Shown in pieces: positions 1 to 8,658 of a stretch of DNA of 37,323 nucleotides (positions are counted from its first letter, which is position 1; each line of letters starts with the position of its first letter). Below the pieces are notes generated by a model. The model was not told the DNA's origin. It did no database searches and saw nothing but the letters and a program-made list of their open reading frames with translations. The translations under genes were made by a program, and so were the position numbers. The stretch lies in the sequence record SRR22947727_72; one strand, given 5' to 3'.

Positions 1-55
1 TAATTTTAATTTTCTATTGATTTTTTATTTAAATTTAGTCAAGATAAGACTTATT

Positions 56-1420
56 ATGACAGACTCTATAAAATACATACTTGAAGAATCGAAAGCGCCA
101 AAATCTTGGTATAATATTAACTCTGATTTACCAAGTCCTCCACCACCACCTTTGCATCCAGGAACAAAACAGCCAGCAGGACCAGATGATTTTGCCCCAC
201 TATTTCCTATGGGCTTAATAATGCAAGAGGTTTCAACAGAAAGAGAAATTGAAATACCTGAGCCAGTAAGAGAGATTTACAAACAGTGGAGGCCTTCACC
301 TTTGTTTAGAGCAAGAAGGTTAGAAAAATATCTAGATACACCGGCAAAAATTTATTACAAGTATGAGGGTGTAAGTCCTACAGGAAGTCATAAGCCCAAT
401 ACTGCAGTTCCGCAGGCATTTTTTAATAAAGAAGAAGGTGTTAAAAAAATATTTACTGAAACAGGAGCAGGTCAATGGGGAAGTTCTTTAGCTTTTGCCG
501 GACAGATGTTCGGTATAGATATAGAGGTTTTTATGGTTAAGGTAAGTTTTGATCAAAAACCTTACAGAAAACTTATGATGCAAACTTTTGGTGGAACTTG
601 CCACCCAAGTCCATCTGAACTTACTGATTTTGGAAAAAAACTGTTATCAGAAGATCCTAACAATCCTGGAAGTTTGGGTATTGCAATTTCTGAAGCTATT
701 GAGGCAGTTGTAAAAAGTGAGGGTAAGGCAAAATATGCTCTTGGAAGTGTTTTAGGTCATGTTCTTTTACATCAAACTATCAATGGCAATGAAGCAATAC
801 TTCAAATGGAGCAAGCTGGAGATTACCCAGATATAATAGTAGGTTGTACTGGAGGTGGTAGTAATTTAGCAGGTTTAATGTTTCCTTTCTTAGGTCAACA
901 ATTAAGAGGTGGTCAAAAGATTGATATAATAGGCTGTGAACCTCTTTCTTGCCCCTCTTTTACAAAAGGTACATATGCCTATGATCATGGAGATATGGCT
1001 AGAATGACCCCACTAATTAAAATGCATACCTTGGGTTCTGATTTTCTTCCACCAGCAAATCACTCTGGAGGATTAAGATATCACGGCATGTCTTATCATT
1101 TAAGTCATTTGTATGACCTAGGGTTAATGAGAGCTAAAGCTTATGGTCAAAAAGATTGTTTTAAAGCTGGAGTATTATTTGGAAAGGAAGAGGGCATTAT
1201 CCCTGCTCCTGAAGGAAACCATGCTGTCAAGGGGGCTATTGATGCTGCTTTAGAGTGTAAAGAAAAAGGCGAGTCAAAAACAATCTTGTTTAATCTTTGT
1301 GGACATGGTTATTTTGACATGTCAGCATATGATGATTATTTTAGTGGAAGACTTGCTGATGACTTTTATGATGAAGAGACAGCCAATAAATCTCTGTCTG
1401 CTTTACCTGAAATAGCATAA
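56..1420 (+). CDS. trpB2: TrpB2-type (stand-alone) tryptophan synthase beta-like PLP enzyme
   Basis: PKSWYNI N-terminus, YKYEGVSPTGSHKPNTA (PLP Lys), TETGAGQWG, GGGSN, GGLRYHG and NLCGHG motifs. ATG at 56 is preferred over TTG at 17. No trpA follows it. Confidence 0.9.
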   Translation: MTDSIKYILEESKAPKSWYNINSDLPSPPPPPLHPGTKQPAGPDDFAPLFPMGLIMQEVSTEREIEIPEPVREIYKQWRPSPLFRARRLEKYLDTPAKIYYKYEGVSPTGSHKPNTAVPQAFFNKEEGVKKIFTETGAGQWGSSLAFAGQMFGIDIEVFMVKVSFDQKPYRKLMMQTFGGTCHPSPSELTDFGKKLLSEDPNNPGSLGIAISEAIEAVVKSEGKAKYALGSVLGHVLLHQTINGNEAILQMEQAGDYPDIIVGCTGGGSNLAGLMFPFLGQQLRGGQKIDIIGCEPLSCPSFTKGTYAYDHGDMARMTPLIKMHTLGSDFLPPANHSGGLRYHGMSYHLSHLYDLGLMRAKAYGQKDCFKAGVLFGKEEGIIPAPEGNHAVKGAIDAALECKEKGESKTILFNLCGHGYFDMSAYDDYFSGRLADDFYDEETANKSLSALPEIA

Positions 1421-1430
1421 ACTGTTTTAG

Positions 1431-1459
1431 TATAAGAAATTATTGTTTTTTTTCTTATA
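1431..1459. repeat. AT-only inverted repeat after trpB2 (possible weak terminator or protein-binding site)
   Basis: TATAAGAAA (1431-1439) and TTTCTTATA (1451-1459). A second palindrome, AATTTAAT-T-ATTAAATT, lies at 1461-1477. Confidence 0.3.
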
Positions 1460-1480
1460 AAATTTAATTATTAAATTCCT

Positions 1481-1590
1481 TATAAAGGGAGAGATTAATT
1501 TAATTAACGCCGAAGGAGCAACGTCCCGGAAACTCTCAGGCAAAAGGACCTTTGTATTTAATGTCTGAAGATTTATAATAATCAACAGAG
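1481..1590 (+). promoter_or_regulatory. Glycine riboswitch, singlet aptamer plus 3' ghost-aptamer hairpin
   Basis: Canonical core GGAGAGA...CGCCGAAGGAGCAA...GGAAACTCTCAGGCAAAAGGAC. P1 is TATAAAGG (1481-1488) paired with CCTTTGTA (1549-1556). P2 is TTAATT/AATTAA (1495-1507). A downstream hairpin TCTG-AA-GATT-loop-AATC-AA-CAGA lies at 1564-1589. Confidence 0.93.
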
Positions 1591-1607
1591 GGCTAGATTG
1601 AACTAAT

Positions 1608-2798
1608 ATGGTTAATGTTTGGCCTTTTCATGGTACTCGCCCTTACAATCAGGATGCAAAAACTTTAATTGCGCCTTCAACAGATCATTTAAGTATTGAA
1701 AATATTAAGATATTTAGAAAAAATAATTATTGGAATTACTTGAAAGTTCTTAATCCTGTAGGTCAATTAAAAGAAAAAGACTCCTTAACAGAGGCTAGAG
1801 AGCATTTTAATGAAATGAAAGATAATGATGTTATTAAAAAAGACAGTGAACTGAATTTTTATATTTATCAAATTGAGCTTGGAGATCACAAGCAGTTAGG
1901 TTTTTTATCTCTTGCATCTGTAAGTGACTTTGAAAAAAATATTATAAAACCACACGAGAAAATTTATCAAAGTAGAAAAGTTGAAAGAGCTGATCAAATG
2001 ATGAATATCAAAACACAAATTGGGCCAATCTACGTTTCTTACCCATCAGAAAAAAATTTATCAAATTTTTTGTTATCAAAAACAAAAAATCCACCATCTT
2101 ATGATTTTGAAAGTTTTGATAATTCAATCCATAAACTATGGTGCATAAATGATAAATCTTCTCTTGCAGAGTTTCAAAATTTAACGAAAGTTATTAGTCA
2201 TCTTTATATAGCTGATGGTCATCATAGAATGGGTGCAATGCAACACATAAAAAATACCAATCCATTAAATGATAAATTTATGATCGCAGCATTTCCCTCA
2301 AATCAATGTAAAATTTTTGATTATAACAGAGTTATAAAAGATTTAAATGGTCTTTCAAAAGATGATTTTCTTGAAACTTTATCAAAAGATTTTAAAATTT
2401 CAAAAATTGATAGAGCCTATAAACCAAAAGTAAAAAAAGAGTTTGGGATATATCATGACAAACAATGGTATGTTGCAAATTTGACAAGTATTTTAAATTC
2501 AGATAATTTTATTGATGATTTAGATATTAATATTTTAAATAATTTATGTTTGACAAAAATTCTTAATATCCAAGATGTCAATAATGATGAAAGAATAAGA
2601 TTTATTGCTGGCTGTCACGGTTTAAGTACTTTAGAAAAAAAAGTAGATGACAACCCCAATAGTATTGCTTTTTCAATCTTCCCATCAGAGATTTCTGATG
2701 TTATGAGAGTTGCTGATAATAATCTGACTATGCCGCCTAAGTCAACTTGGTTTGATCCAAAACCCCTTGATGGTTTGGTTGTGTATGAGTTTAATTAA
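1608..2798 (+). CDS. DUF1015 family protein
   Basis: IKPHEK, LYIADGHHR and C-terminal MPPKSTWFDPKP motifs are typical of DUF1015. It lies next to serC/serA. Confidence 0.85.
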   Translation: MVNVWPFHGTRPYNQDAKTLIAPSTDHLSIENIKIFRKNNYWNYLKVLNPVGQLKEKDSLTEAREHFNEMKDNDVIKKDSELNFYIYQIELGDHKQLGFLSLASVSDFEKNIIKPHEKIYQSRKVERADQMMNIKTQIGPIYVSYPSEKNLSNFLLSKTKNPPSYDFESFDNSIHKLWCINDKSSLAEFQNLTKVISHLYIADGHHRMGAMQHIKNTNPLNDKFMIAAFPSNQCKIFDYNRVIKDLNGLSKDDFLETLSKDFKISKIDRAYKPKVKKEFGIYHDKQWYVANLTSILNSDNFIDDLDINILNNLCLTKILNIQDVNNDERIRFIAGCHGLSTLEKKVDDNPNSIAFSIFPSEISDVMRVADNNLTMPPKSTWFDPKPLDGLVVYEFN

Positions 2799-2801
2799 AA
2801 T

Positions 2802-3965
2802 ATGGAAAAACCAATTATAAAACCTGAAAATCCAAATTTCTCAAGCGGTCCTTGTGCAAAAAGACCAGGTTGGAAGATTGAAAATTTAAAGAATGCTAAT
2901 ACTGGTAGATCACATCGATCTGGTGAATCGAAATCTAAACTAAAACTTGTAATTGATAAATCTAAACAGTTATTAAACCTTCCTGATGATTATGTTGTAG
3001 GTATAATGCCTGGATCAGATACCGGAGCTCTAGAAGCATCATTATGGTCTTTGCTAGGTTTAAGAGGTGTGGATATTTTAGCTTGGGAAAACTTTGGTAA
3101 AGATTGGGTTCAGGATGTTGTAAAACAACTGAAATTATCAGGTCTGAATGTTCATGATGTAGACTATGGAGATTTCCCAGATGTAACAAAAGTTAATTTT
3201 AAGAATGATGTAATTTTTACATGGAATGGAACAACATCAGGAGTTAAAGTTCCAAATGTTGATTGGATACCAGATGAAAGGGAGGGATTAACTATTTGTG
3301 ATGCAACATCTGCTATTTTTGCTATGCCTATTGATTACAGTAAATGCGATGTTATTACTTGGTCCTGGCAAAAAGTTTTAGGAGGAGAGGCCGCTCATGG
3401 AATGATAGCAATGTCTCCAAGATCACTAAATAGATTAGAAACTTATACACCTGAATGGCCAATACCTAAAGTTTTTAGAATAGCTAATAATCAAAAAGTA
3501 ATAAAAGGTATATTTGAGGGCAGCACTATAAATACTCCTTCAATGATTTGCGTAGAAGATGCACTTGACGGTTTGAATTGGGCTGAAGAAAATGGTGGTT
3601 TAGAATTTTTACTTAATACATCAAAAAAATCATTAGATATTATTTATAACTGGGTTCAAAAAAATGATTGGGTAACTTTTCTTTCCAATAATAAAGATAT
3701 GCAATATTTATCAAATACTGGCATAACTTTTAAGATTTGTGAAAGCTGGTTTTTAGATAAAGCTGAAGAAGAGCAACGATCAATAGTAAAAGGAATATGC
3801 AAGGTATTATCTGAAGAAAATGTAGCTCATGATATAAATGGTTATGCTAAAGCCCCACCATCTTTCAGAGTTTGGGCAGGAGGTACTGTCGAGCCTGATA
3901 ATATTGAGAAATTATTACCTTGGTTAGAGTGGGCTTATATGAAAGCAAAAGAAATCAATGACTAA
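2802..3965 (+). CDS. serC: Phosphoserine aminotransferase (Methanosarcina/alphaproteobacterial type)
   Basis: NFSSGPCAKRPGW, GRSHRS, WNGTTSGV, DATSA, SWQKVLGGEAAHG (PLP Lys) and TINTPSM. Confidence 0.93.
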   Translation: MEKPIIKPENPNFSSGPCAKRPGWKIENLKNANTGRSHRSGESKSKLKLVIDKSKQLLNLPDDYVVGIMPGSDTGALEASLWSLLGLRGVDILAWENFGKDWVQDVVKQLKLSGLNVHDVDYGDFPDVTKVNFKNDVIFTWNGTTSGVKVPNVDWIPDEREGLTICDATSAIFAMPIDYSKCDVITWSWQKVLGGEAAHGMIAMSPRSLNRLETYTPEWPIPKVFRIANNQKVIKGIFEGSTINTPSMICVEDALDGLNWAEENGGLEFLLNTSKKSLDIIYNWVQKNDWVTFLSNNKDMQYLSNTGITFKICESWFLDKAEEEQRSIVKGICKVLSEENVAHDINGYAKAPPSFRVWAGGTVEPDNIEKLLPWLEWAYMKAKEIND

Positions 3966-4896
3966 AGTTTTAATCTCCGATGCTATGGATGGCATTGCTG
4001 AAAAAATACTTACGTCAAACAAAATTGATGTCGATGTAAAAACTGATTTTAATATTGAAGAACTAAAAGATAAAATTTCAGAATATGATGGATTAATCAT
4101 TAGATCGGCAACGAAAGTAACAAAAGAAATTATTGAAAGTGCTAAAAATTTAAAAATAATTGGAAGAGCTGGAGCTGGTGTTGATAATATTGATTTAGTC
4201 ACTGCTAAAGAAAAAAAAATTATAATTATGAATACTCCTGGAGGCAATACCAATGCAACTGCTGAGCATACACTTGCATTACTTATGTCTCTTTCGAGAA
4301 AAATTTCTAAAGCTGATATTTCAACACATAAAGGTGAATGGGCAAAGAAAAAACTTAAAGGTAATGAAATTAAAGGAAAGACAATAGGAATTATTGGTTT
4401 TGGAAACGTTGGTAGAAGATTTGCAGAAATATGCCAAGTTCTCGGTCTTAAAGTTTTAATTGTTTCCAAATTATTTACAGCTGTAAAAGATCAATATCCT
4501 GAATATAGTTCTTGTGATTTAAGCGAAGTTTTACAACAAGCGGATATAATAAGTTTTCACTGTAAACCAAATATAGATGGATCTTCAGTTATTGCTTCAA
4601 AAGAATTAAATTTAATGAAGAAAGCTGCACTTATTATTAATACTGCAAGAGGCAATCTTGTTTCTGAAGTAGATTTATGTGATGCTATAAAAGCAAATAA
4701 AATTGGTGGAGCAGCAATAGATGTTTTTGAAACTGAACCTGCTACGAATAATGCTCTTTTTGGTCTTGAGAATGTATTATTAACGCCACATATTGCAGCT
4801 TCTACAAGTGAAGCTCAAATAATTGTAGCTGAAATGGTAGCTAATCAGTTTGTTGAATTTTTTTTAAATAATAAAGTAATTAACGAAGTTACTTGA
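3958..4896 (+). CDS. serA: D-3-phosphoglycerate dehydrogenase-like 2-hydroxyacid dehydrogenase, short form without ACT domain
   Basis: IIRSATKVT, GRAGAGVDNID, MNTPGGNT, GFGNVG, INTARG, DVFETEP and TPHIAAST. It overlaps the serC stop. Confidence 0.8.
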   Translation: MTKVLISDAMDGIAEKILTSNKIDVDVKTDFNIEELKDKISEYDGLIIRSATKVTKEIIESAKNLKIIGRAGAGVDNIDLVTAKEKKIIIMNTPGGNTNATAEHTLALLMSLSRKISKADISTHKGEWAKKKLKGNEIKGKTIGIIGFGNVGRRFAEICQVLGLKVLIVSKLFTAVKDQYPEYSSCDLSEVLQQADIISFHCKPNIDGSSVIASKELNLMKKAALIINTARGNLVSEVDLCDAIKANKIGGAAIDVFETEPATNNALFGLENVLLTPHIAASTSEAQIIVAEMVANQFVEFFLNNKVINEVT

Positions 4897-6754
4897 TAAA
4901 AAGTTCAGTTAGACTCTCCACATATCCAGAAGGATTTGAGAGAACATTACCATCTAAAATATTAGCTTGATCTAAAATTATTTGAGAGATTTTTTTATGG
5001 TCAAACTCATTTAGATTATTAGACATCTTAATAATCATAGGGTGATCTGCATTTATCTCTAAAATCTTTTTTGAGTCAGGTGTTTTTTGATTGTGCATCT
5101 TCATTAGTTTTTCCATGTTGATATCCATCCCTGACTCTTCAGCAACTAGTAACACTGGGCTTTTAGTTAATCTGTCTGAAACTATCACATCAGATATTTT
5201 ATCTTTAAGTTCATTCTTTAATAATGCGGTCAAATCATTGATTTTATTATCTATTTTTTTATTATCCTTACTTTTTTCTTCGCTTTGTTTATCTCCTACT
5301 TTTGAAAGATCAACTTTACCTTTTGTTATGGATTTGAACTCAAATTCTTTATATTTACCTATATTTTGAAGCCAAAATTCATCGACTGCATCGGTCATAA
5401 ACAATACTGGAATTTTTTTATCAAGAAATGACTCTAATTGAGGGGAGTTTTTAATATATTCTTTGTCTGTATTTGCGAAATAATAGATTTCTTTTTGATC
5501 TAGTGCCATTTTTTCTACATAGTTGTCTAAAGATATTGAATCACTATTTAGTGAATTTTCAAATCTTAATAAGTTGAGAATTTTTTCATGATGATCATTA
5601 AACTCATAAAGACCCTCTTTTATTACGGCACCAAAATTCTTCCAAAAATCTAAAAATTTAGCATCATCTTTTTTAGCTATTGAATTTATTTCATTTAAAA
5701 CTTTATTGGTTATTCCCTTTTTAATTTTCTCTATAATAGGGTTATTTTGAAGCATTTCTCTGCTAATATTTAGTGAAATATCTTGAGAGTCAACGACACC
5801 TGGAATAAATCGGAGCCAGTTTGGCATTATTTCATCACATTCATCAGTAATAAAGACCTTTTGCACATATAATTTAATTTTATTTTTTTTCTCAGAATTA
5901 AATAAATCCATGGGTTGATTAGTTGGGAGATACAACAATGCTTTATAATTTATGACACCCTCAGCATTATAATGGATTGTTTTTAATGGGTCATCGAAGT
6001 TAAAGGATATATTGTTATAAAACTGTTTGTAGTCTTCTTCTTTAATATCTTTTTTATCTTTTAGCCAAAGAGGATCACCTTCATTTATTTTTTCTTCTTT
6101 TTCTTTAGTATTGTCTAGATCATCTAACAATATTGGAAATGGAATATAATTTGAATATTTCGTTATTATTGATCTTAATCGAAATGCATCAAGAAATTCT
6201 TCAGCATCTTTCTTGATATTTAGCTTTATAATTGAGCCTCTTTTTTTATTTTCAATTTCTTCAATTGTATAGTTTTCTTTACCATTTGATTTCCATAGAT
6301 ATGACTTTTCTTCTTCTGCACTTTTTGAAGTAACTTCAACTGTATCAGAGACCATGTATGATGAATAGAAGCCTACGCCAAATTGTCCAATAGCTGAGAC
6401 CTTGGAGTCCTTTTTATCTTTCATGGCTTCCATAAATTTGCTTGTTCCAGATCTCGCAATAGTTCCAAGGTTATCTATTAATTCTTGATTAGACATTCCG
6501 ATACCATTGTCTTCAATCTCTATATATTTTTTCTTTTTGGATACCCTGACATTGATCTTTAGTTCCTTATCGTCACCTAGAATGTTTTTTTTAGAAAGTG
6601 ATTGATACCTTAGTTTCTCACATGCATCTGCTGAATTTGAAATTAGCTCTCTAAGAAATATTTCTCTTTCACTATAAAGAGAATTAGCAACTAAATCTAA
6701 AAGTTTACTTACTTCAGCTTGAAAACTATGATTTTTTGTTGTTTTATCTGTCAT
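4889..6754 (-). CDS. htpG: Hsp90 chaperone HtpG
   Basis: FQAEV, SLYSEREIFLRELISNSADA, DNGIGM, GTIARSGT, IGQFGVGFYS and LNISREMLQ. Start is at 6754 or 6772. Confidence 0.97.
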   Translation of the reverse strand: MTDKTTKNHSFQAEVSKLLDLVANSLYSEREIFLRELISNSADACEKLRYQSLSKKNILGDDKELKINVRVSKKKKYIEIEDNGIGMSNQELIDNLGTIARSGTSKFMEAMKDKKDSKVSAIGQFGVGFYSSYMVSDTVEVTSKSAEEEKSYLWKSNGKENYTIEEIENKKRGSIIKLNIKKDAEEFLDAFRLRSIITKYSNYIPFPILLDDLDNTKEKEEKINEGDPLWLKDKKDIKEEDYKQFYNNISFNFDDPLKTIHYNAEGVINYKALLYLPTNQPMDLFNSEKKNKIKLYVQKVFITDECDEIMPNWLRFIPGVVDSQDISLNISREMLQNNPIIEKIKKGITNKVLNEINSIAKKDDAKFLDFWKNFGAVIKEGLYEFNDHHEKILNLLRFENSLNSDSISLDNYVEKMALDQKEIYYFANTDKEYIKNSPQLESFLDKKIPVLFMTDAVDEFWLQNIGKYKEFEFKSITKGKVDLSKVGDKQSEEKSKDNKKIDNKINDLTALLKNELKDKISDVIVSDRLTKSPVLLVAEESGMDINMEKLMKMHNQKTPDSKKILEINADHPMIIKMSNNLNEFDHKKISQIILDQANILDGNVLSNPSGYVESLTELFIK

Positions 6755-6856
6755 TTGAAATGATTTAAGCATTCATAAGTAATATTCAATAGGTTGCAAT
6801 AAAATTTTGACATATTTAATCTTAATAAGAATAAAATTGTGTTATTACGTCTAAAT

Positions 6857-7471
6857 ATGTCTTTAGATAACTTTCTAAAACTATTATCTATTTTATTTAT
6901 ATTTGTTGTTGCATGCACTTCAAATCAGCAGATAAATACTGCAGATTCATGCATTATCTTTGAACAAAAAAAGAATTGGTATAAGGCAACAAAACAATCG
7001 TATGATAAATGGAATACCCCAATTGCATTACAATTAGCAATAATCAATCAAGAGTCTTCATTTAATCAATTTGCAAAACCAGAAAGAAAGAAAATACTTG
7101 GCTTTATACCTGGTTCAAGACCTTCAACAGCTTTTGGATATGCACAAGTAACAAATCCTACATGGGATTGGTATAAGTCAAAAACTGGAAATAAAAATGC
7201 TTCAAGAGCAAATTTTTATGACATTACTGATTTTATAGGTTGGTATACAACTCAAAGTAAAAATATCGTTGGTATTTCTAAAAACGATTTTTACAATCAA
7301 TATCTTGCTTATCATGAAGGTCAAGGAGGTTGGAAAAAAGAAAGTTATTTAGAAAAAAACTGGTTAATGGAAGTCGCTAAAACTGTTGAAAGAAATGCAA
7401 AAATGTATAACAATCAATTAAAGGGCTGTGAGCAGAAACTTAATAAGAAAGGTTTTTTTGGGATTTTTTAA
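6857..7471 (+). CDS. Lipoprotein with SLT/lysozyme-like transglycosylase domain
   Basis: Lipobox VVAC, catalytic-type IINQESSF, STAFGYAQ and YLAYHEG. ATG at 6857 is preferred over 6839. Confidence 0.75.
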   Translation: MSLDNFLKLLSILFIFVVACTSNQQINTADSCIIFEQKKNWYKATKQSYDKWNTPIALQLAIINQESSFNQFAKPERKKILGFIPGSRPSTAFGYAQVTNPTWDWYKSKTGNKNASRANFYDITDFIGWYTTQSKNIVGISKNDFYNQYLAYHEGQGGWKKESYLEKNWLMEVAKTVERNAKMYNNQLKGCEQKLNKKGFFGIF

Positions 7472-8649
7472 TGATCGTATCAAATAGTATTAATCAAATG
7501 TTTGAAGAAATGCAAACTTGGAGACAAGATTTACATTCTATACCTGAGATCGGTTTAGAGGAATATGAAACATCTAAATATATAAAAACTAAACTTTCAG
7601 AATTTAATATAGAATTTAAAGACGGTTATGCAAATACAGGTATAGTAGCACGTGTAAAAGGTTCTCAAGGTGAAAGTGACAAATCTATAGGTTTAAGAGC
7701 TGATTTTGATGCATTACCAATGCCTGAAAAAAACGAATTTGAACATAAATCTACAAATGAAGGAATGATGCATGCATGTGGTCATGATGGCCATACATCA
7801 ATGCTTCTAGGCGCTGCTAAATATTTAAGTGAAAATAATGATTTTGATGGAAGTGTTTATTTTATATTTCAGCCTGGTGAAGAAGGTTTTGCTGGTGGTC
7901 AAAAAATGATTCAAGATGGAATGTTTGATGATTTTAAAATTGATGAAGTGTATGCGCTTCATAATTGGCCTGAGCTCCCAATTGGTTCAATAGGTGTAAA
8001 CAGTGGTCCCATGATGGCTGCTGTTGATGAATTTGATATAGTTGTTAAGGGAAGAGGAGGGCATGCCGCAATTCCACAACTTGCTATCGATCCAGTTGTG
8101 ATTGCATCTCAAATTGTACTTGCTGTTCAAACAATAGTTAGTAGATCAACAGATCCGGTAGACAAAGCACTAATAAGTATAACAAAAATTAATGGTGGTA
8201 CTGCATATAATGTAATTGATGATAGCGTTAAATTAGGAGGCACAATTAGAACATTTAAACCGGAGACAAGGTCTTTTTTTGAAAAAAAATTAAAAGAAAT
8301 TTCTTCTGGGATAGCAAAAGCTAATGGAGCAGAAGCAGACGTTGATTTTCATTTAACAAATAAATATCCACCAACTATAAATTCTAAAAAGGAAAGTGAG
8401 TTTGCTGCAAATGTTGCTAAGAAAGTATTTGGTGATTCTCATGTAGATACAGACATAGATCCTTCTATGGGTGGTGAAGATTTTTCTTATTTGTTAGAAA
8501 AAAAACCTGGTGCCTATCTTTATATTGGCCAAGGTGATGATAATCATAAAGCGCATCTTCATACGACCAACTATGATTTTAATGATAATCTTTTACCTGT
8601 AGGAGTTAACTACTGGGTAGAGCTAGTAAAAGAATTTTTTTCTAAATAA
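7471..8649 (+). CDS. M20 family amidohydrolase (hippurate hydrolase-like)
   Basis: RQDLHSIPE, LRADFDALP, MHACGHDGH, FQPGEEG, GRGGHAA and MGGEDF. Confidence 0.92.
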   Translation: MIVSNSINQMFEEMQTWRQDLHSIPEIGLEEYETSKYIKTKLSEFNIEFKDGYANTGIVARVKGSQGESDKSIGLRADFDALPMPEKNEFEHKSTNEGMMHACGHDGHTSMLLGAAKYLSENNDFDGSVYFIFQPGEEGFAGGQKMIQDGMFDDFKIDEVYALHNWPELPIGSIGVNSGPMMAAVDEFDIVVKGRGGHAAIPQLAIDPVVIASQIVLAVQTIVSRSTDPVDKALISITKINGGTAYNVIDDSVKLGGTIRTFKPETRSFFEKKLKEISSGIAKANGAEADVDFHLTNKYPPTINSKKESEFAANVAKKVFGDSHVDTDIDPSMGGEDFSYLLEKKPGAYLYIGQGDDNHKAHLHTTNYDFNDNLLPVGVNYWVELVKEFFSK

Positions 8650-8658
8650 AAAATATTA

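Noticed and set aside
1560-1600. Second full glycine aptamer (tandem riboswitch)
   Set aside because: The CCGAAG and CTCTCAGG core is missing. Only a short ghost-like hairpin remains.
2962-5369. Antisense ORFs 2962-3189, 3924-4469 and 5091-5369
   Set aside because: They lie opposite serC, serA and htpG, which have clear family motifs. They are shadow ORFs with no recognisable features.
6755-6800. RpoH-type promoter for htpG (minus-strand TTGAA...CTTAAAT)
   Set aside because: The match to the consensus is too weak to distinguish from AT-rich background.
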